Assembly (NCBI GenBank): GCA_964252075.1
Contig: CAXULY010000083.1
Coordinates: forward strand, 1-10,390
From: an uncultured Deinococcaceae bacterium
Lineage (GTDB): Bacteria; Deinococcota; Deinococci; Deinococcales; Deinococcaceae
DNA length: 10,390 bases
Reading direction: 5' to 3'
The notes under the pieces were generated by a model that was not told where the DNA came from, ran no database searches, and saw only the letters and a list, made by a program, of their open reading frames with translations. Positions 7,047-10,390 of this stretch are shown here, in pieces (position 1 is the first letter of the stretch; each line of letters opens with the position of its first letter). The translations under genes were made by a program, and so were the position numbers.

Positions 7047-8071
7047 GCGCGCGGGCGGCCCTGCGGGTCGCGATGCTCGCCCCCATCGCGTGGCGGGTGC
7101 CTCCCCGTCACTACGGGCCGTGGGAGCGGGTCGTCAGCCTCCTTACGGAGGAACTCGTGCGGTGTGGCGTGCACGTCACGCTCTTCGCCACGGCGGACTC
7201 CGTCACGACCGCCACGTTGTCCGCCACCGCGCCCGCCGGGTATGAGGAGCGCCCTGGGCTGGACGTGAAGGTGGAGGAGGTCCTGCACCTTGCCAACGTG
7301 TTCGAGCGGGCGTCCGACTTCGACGTCATTCACAACCACGCGGACTTCCCGCCACTCGGCGCCTCCGCCCTCGTGGACACCCCGATGGTGACCACGATTC
7401 ACGGCTTCTCGGGCCCCTCGATTCTGCCGGTGTACCGCCGCTACAACGGCCGCACGACGTACGTGGCCATCAGTGAGGCGGCCCGCCACCCGGACCTCAC
7501 CTACGTCGCCACCATCCACCACGGCCTGGACCTCACCGAACTGCACTTCAACCCCGACGGTGGCGCGCCCCTGGTGTACTTCGGGCGGTTCCACCCTGAA
7601 AAGGGCGCCGCGGACGCCATCCGGGTCGCGCGCGCGGCCGGCCGGCCGCTGCTGATGGCGGGCGTCATTCAGGACCGCGCCTACTTCGAGCGGGAGGTCC
7701 AACCGCACCTGGGGCGAGACGTGCAGTACCTCGGTTCGTTGGGCCCCGCAGAGCGTGACCGCCTGCTCGGTGGCGCGCTGGCGCTGCTGCACCTCATTCA
7801 CTTCGACGAGCCGTTCGGGCTGAGCATGGCCGAAGCGATGGCGTGCGGCACCCCTGTGATCGCGTACCGCCGCGGCAGCGTGCCTGAAGTCGTGGGTGAG
7901 GACGGGGGGTACGTCATTCAGGAGGGCGATGAGCGGGCCGCCGTCCGCGCGGCGGGTGAGGCGCCGCGCTTTGACCGCGCGGCGGCGCGCGCGCGCGTGG
8001 AGCGGCACTTCTCCGTTCAGCGCATGGCGCAACAGTACCTGCGGGTGTACCACGCGCTCGCCCGCCCATGA
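7043..8071 (+). CDS. GT4 glycosyltransferase (AviGT4-like subfamily), 342 aa
   Basis: Motifs LAPIAWRVPPRHYGPWE, VTLFATADS, DVIHNH, TTIHG, TIHHG, GRFHPEKG, and EPFGLSMAEAMACGTPVI (E-X7-E). The GTG start overlaps the upstream TGA (GTGA). Confidence 0.93.
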   Translation: MSARAALRVAMLAPIAWRVPPRHYGPWERVVSLLTEELVRCGVHVTLFATADSVTTATLSATAPAGYEERPGLDVKVEEVLHLANVFERASDFDVIHNHADFPPLGASALVDTPMVTTIHGFSGPSILPVYRRYNGRTTYVAISEAARHPDLTYVATIHHGLDLTELHFNPDGGAPLVYFGRFHPEKGAADAIRVARAAGRPLLMAGVIQDRAYFEREVQPHLGRDVQYLGSLGPAERDRLLGGALALLHLIHFDEPFGLSMAEAMACGTPVIAYRRGSVPEVVGEDGGYVIQEGDERAAVRAAGEAPRFDRAAARARVERHFSVQRMAQQYLRVYHALARP

Positions 8072-8091
8072 AGGTCCAGCCTGCCAGTCCG

Positions 8092-8119
8092 GCCCCCCGC
8101 GCCGAACGCCACGGGGGGC
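8092..8119 (+). terminator. GC-rich hairpin after the GT pair (possible terminator, no U-tract)
   Basis: GCCCCCCG (8092-8099) / CGGGGGGC (8112-8119), 20 nt after the stop at 8071. Confidence 0.4.
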
Positions 8120-8549
8120 GCCAATGACCCGCGCCTCGCTCGCGCCCGGTGACAAGGTGTGAACCCCAACCGCCTCAACGGGCTCAGTGTCATCAAGCGC
8201 TTCCACGAGGGCCAATCCGGCGGGGCCACCGACCAGCTCAAAGGGGCCCCGCCCATTGCACACCAAAGACCCAGAGGGACACGTCCACACGCTGTCCGGG
8301 GGTGGCACCGCCGCGCGCGATCCGCGAGAACCGCATGTCGGCGCCGCGCCCTCATCGAGACGCTCACCACCTGTGGCCTCGCGAATGCGCTCGGTGCGGC
8401 GCAGGACGTCGTGCGGCGCGACCGCTGCCCACCTTTCGCCACGGCACTCCTCGACGCCAGCGTCGCCCGGTCGACCACACCCTGCCGGTACGTTCACGAT
8501 TGAGCGGTCCTTGAGCTGCTGAAGCGCTGTCGGATCAGAAATTGTTTCC

Positions 8550-8795
8550 GTGTCGGACATCCGCGCGGACCCTGAGGTCGCGTTGGGCTTCCAGGGTGAA
8601 CAGGCCCTGTGGGTGACAGTCCAAGGCCACGCTGAGCTCATTCAGGACAAAGGCCAGCTGCGAGAGTATGGCAGCAAGGATTTGGACCGCTGGTCCAAGA
8701 ACGACGTGGACACACCAGGCGTGACGATGGTCAAGGTGGTGGCCGCCCGGATTCACTACTGGGAGGGCGAGGAGGACGGCGAAGTCGGGCTGTCA
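8550..8795 (+). pseudogene. C-terminal half of a general stress protein of the pyridoxamine 5'-phosphate oxidase-like (split-barrel flavin-binding) family
   Basis: DIRADPEVALGF..WVTVQGHAELIQDK....DLDRW....DTPG..MVKV.A.RIHYWEGEEDGE matches the C-terminal half of this family. The N-terminal half, including the RPM motif, is absent, and an in-frame TGA lies at 8520-8522. The ORF formally runs on to 8879. Confidence 0.75.
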
Positions 8796-8807
8796 CCGTC
8801 CGCAGGC

Positions 8808-8843
8808 GACAGAGGGGCCAGACGCTCGCCCGGCCTCTCTGTC
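8808..8843. terminator. 12-bp hairpin between convergent genes (probable bidirectional terminator)
   Basis: GACAGAGGGGCC (8808-8819) / GGCCTCTCTGTC (8832-8843), with one G-U pair. Confidence 0.55.
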
Positions 8844-8845
8844 AT

Positions 8846-9241
8846 TCACCAGGCCCAGAACCTTGTCACGGTTGAATGATGTGCACGGTGGTGTTCCCAT
8901 CGGCAGCATTGGTGTCCGACAGGACACAGCCAACGCCTGAGCGAAGCGTGACAATGCAGACGGCGGAACGGTCCTCGAAGATGCATCCAATCCCACTGGA
9001 GGACTGGATGCTCAGCGGAGAGGGGTTGACGCGCCACCACGCCTTCTTCCGACAGCGCGTACACACTGCGGTTGACACGCATCAAAAGGTGTGAGGCCGT
9101 CAGCATCGCGATGGCGGACCACAAGGTGCTCCTTGTTCCCAGGCGCGCCGCCGAGTCCTGCGAACGCATCACCTCTTCCGGCTGCAAGGCCAAGAGGATG
9201 CGTTGCTCCATGGTCAACGGGTGACTCCGCCAGTCGTTCAT
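8846..9241 (-). CDS. Small protein with an N-terminal winged helix-turn-helix-like domain, 3' part possibly frameshifted
   Basis: LTMEQRILLAL-QPEEVMRSQDSAARLG-TRSTLWSAIAMLTASHLLMRVNRSVYALSEEG follows the helix-helix-helix-wing pattern and ends in Y-x-L-S-x-x-G. Start taken at ATG 9241, which has no clear SD. Confidence 0.55.
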   Translation of the reverse strand: MNDWRSHPLTMEQRILLALQPEEVMRSQDSAARLGTRSTLWSAIAMLTASHLLMRVNRSVYALSEEGVVARQPLSAEHPVLQWDWMHLRGPFRRLHCHASLRRWLCPVGHQCCRWEHHRAHHSTVTRFWAW

Positions 9242-9459
9242 GGTGCTGATCGCGGCACGTCTGATGGGGCGCTGAGGGTGTTCATGTCGAATCTGACGGG
9301 AGGTTCGAACTGCTCGGAGGTGCGGCAGGGGATGCGCCTCCGAGCCCCTTGACGTAGAGTTGAGCCTCCGCGGCTCCCATCGGTTTGAATTCGATTCCGC
9401 TCCACTGGATGCCATGACCCATCGCCTCACGTGTTCAACGCGAAGAAGTACAGGTGCTC

Positions 9460-9873
9460 ATGACAGAAGAAGAGGGTATCAAGCACATTCAAGACTTTCT
9501 ACGAGAGTTCGGCGCGATTTCTGTAGCATATGGAGTGACTGCCCTGGTTTTTCGCATTAAAGACGCGGAGATCAGTGTTTCAGGGAACACCATAAAGTTG
9601 AATGGCATTGATTTTAAGCCTCTCAAGCCAAGGGACCTTGACAGATTGGTCCGATCATCTGGCATTGATCGGGGCGACGTCCAGCAGACCGATGGGTTCA
9701 CAGACCAGGGATTACAGCAATATGCGAACCTTGTGGTGCAGTCCATGCGCAAGTATGGGATTGCGAGAATGTGGCCGCAGAAGGTCGGCGCCACGTTGGG
9801 TTGGCAGAGGATCAGCGGCAGAGACGCCTTCAGCTCCACCGACATCAATTTTGCATTGATACAGCAAGCGTGA
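9460..9873 (+). CDS. Hypothetical 137-aa protein, low GC
   Basis: ATG 9460 with AGGTG upstream and globular-protein composition. Hand count gives about 52% GC over 9481-9840, far below the GT genes. Confidence 0.75.
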   Translation: MTEEEGIKHIQDFLREFGAISVAYGVTALVFRIKDAEISVSGNTIKLNGIDFKPLKPRDLDRLVRSSGIDRGDVQQTDGFTDQGLQQYANLVVQSMRKYGIARMWPQKVGATLGWQRISGRDAFSSTDINFALIQQA

Positions 9874-9918
9874 CAGAACGGATGGTCATCCCTCACCGGG
9901 GCGTGTCATCACCCAACG

Positions 9919-9954
9919 AAAAACGCGGGCCGCCTCGGCAAGGGAGCGGCCCGC
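9919..9954 (-). terminator. Intrinsic terminator for minus-strand transcription, possibly bidirectional
   Basis: 9-bp stem GCGGGCCGC (9925-9933) / GCGGCCCGC (9946-9954). It is followed on the minus strand by GTTTTTCGTT and lies between convergent genes. Confidence 0.75.
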
Positions 9955-10024
9955 TTCGCGTTTGACGCCAGAAGTTCAGCGGCGCGCCGAGAGGGGCATC
10001 TGGCACACCGGACGCGGAACAGCC

Positions 10025-10231
10025 TCATTCTGCCGCTTTCGAGAACAGCACGACCGCGCCGAAGGCGCCTGTGCCCGGCCACATCATTTGCGTCATGACA
10101 AACCGCTTGCCCTCCCACACGAATTCATCGCCCACATGGGGTGGCGGGACACCCATCCGGTACACCAGCACCAGCGCTGCTGCGTGTGGGTCTGGCCGCA
10201 CCCGCCGAACGTCGCTGGGGTCCACTTTCAT
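10025..10231 (-). CDS. Hypothetical 68-aa protein
   Basis: ATG start, coding-like codon usage and beta-rich composition (PHVGDEFVWEGKRFVM). It is co-oriented with the upstream CDS and followed by the 9919-9954 terminator. Confidence 0.65.
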   Translation of the reverse strand: MKVDPSDVRRVRPDPHAAALVLVYRMGVPPPHVGDEFVWEGKRFVMTQMMWPGTGAFGAVVLFSKAAE

Positions 10232-10309
10232 GGCTCAGTCTCTCGACGGAAGCCCCCATCCTGCGCGGTTTCGGGTGAAGTGGCGTTGGCCGTCCCGCAT
10301 CGCCCCGCC

Positions 10310-10390
10310 TTACCGGCGCTCTCGGATCACCTTGGCGCTGAGCCAGAAGCCCACCATGGCATCGAACTGCAGCACGATGAGGTCCAGCCG
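10310..10390 (-). CDS. 3' end of a CDS entering from the right edge (...RLDLIVLQFDAMVGFWLSAKVIRERR*), product unknown
   Basis: Open frame from the window edge to TAA at 10312-10310, with strong GC3 bias. Confidence 0.65.
   Translation of the reverse strand, partial: RLDLIVLQFDAMVGFWLSAKVIRERR

Noticed and set aside
8159..8503. 114-aa plus-strand ORF as an intact gene
   Set aside because: The middle is Arg-rich and the coding-like signal switches frames. Treated as decayed sequence.
4791..8641. Long minus-strand ORFs of 737 aa (4791-7004) and 696 aa (6551-8641)
   Set aside because: Antisense shadows of the two glycosyltransferase genes, with no domain motifs.
1..10390. CRISPR array, tRNA/rRNA, intact IS or transposon
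   Set aside because: I saw no regularly spaced repeats, RNA-gene signatures, transposase ORF or terminal inverted repeats by eye.

Overview
This is a high-GC bacterial accessory region. The style is compatible with Deinococcus, but that cannot be proven from the sequence. The core is an intact, divergently arranged GDP-mannose glycosylation module: a monofunctional mannose-1-phosphate guanylyltransferase (manC, 2846-3937, -) faces away from a two-gene unit. That unit is a 753-aa fusion of a GT4 glycosyltransferase to an uncharacterised helical glycosidase-like domain (4785-7046, +) and an overlapping second GT4 (7043-8071, +). Upstream of manC are two small ORFs of 38 and 106 aa, chained by ATGA overlaps, with an inverted repeat and a CRP/FNR-like site. 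The left flank has a 118-aa protein built from 20-residue repeats and a stand-alone serine-recombinase catalytic domain with an altered catalytic motif. The right flank has a 5'-truncated general-stress (pyridoxamine-oxidase-like) pseudogene, a winged-helix ORF, a low-GC orphan gene and small hypothetical genes. No RNA genes, CRISPR arrays or intact mobile elements were recognised. All family assignments come from motif recognition by eye, not database searches.
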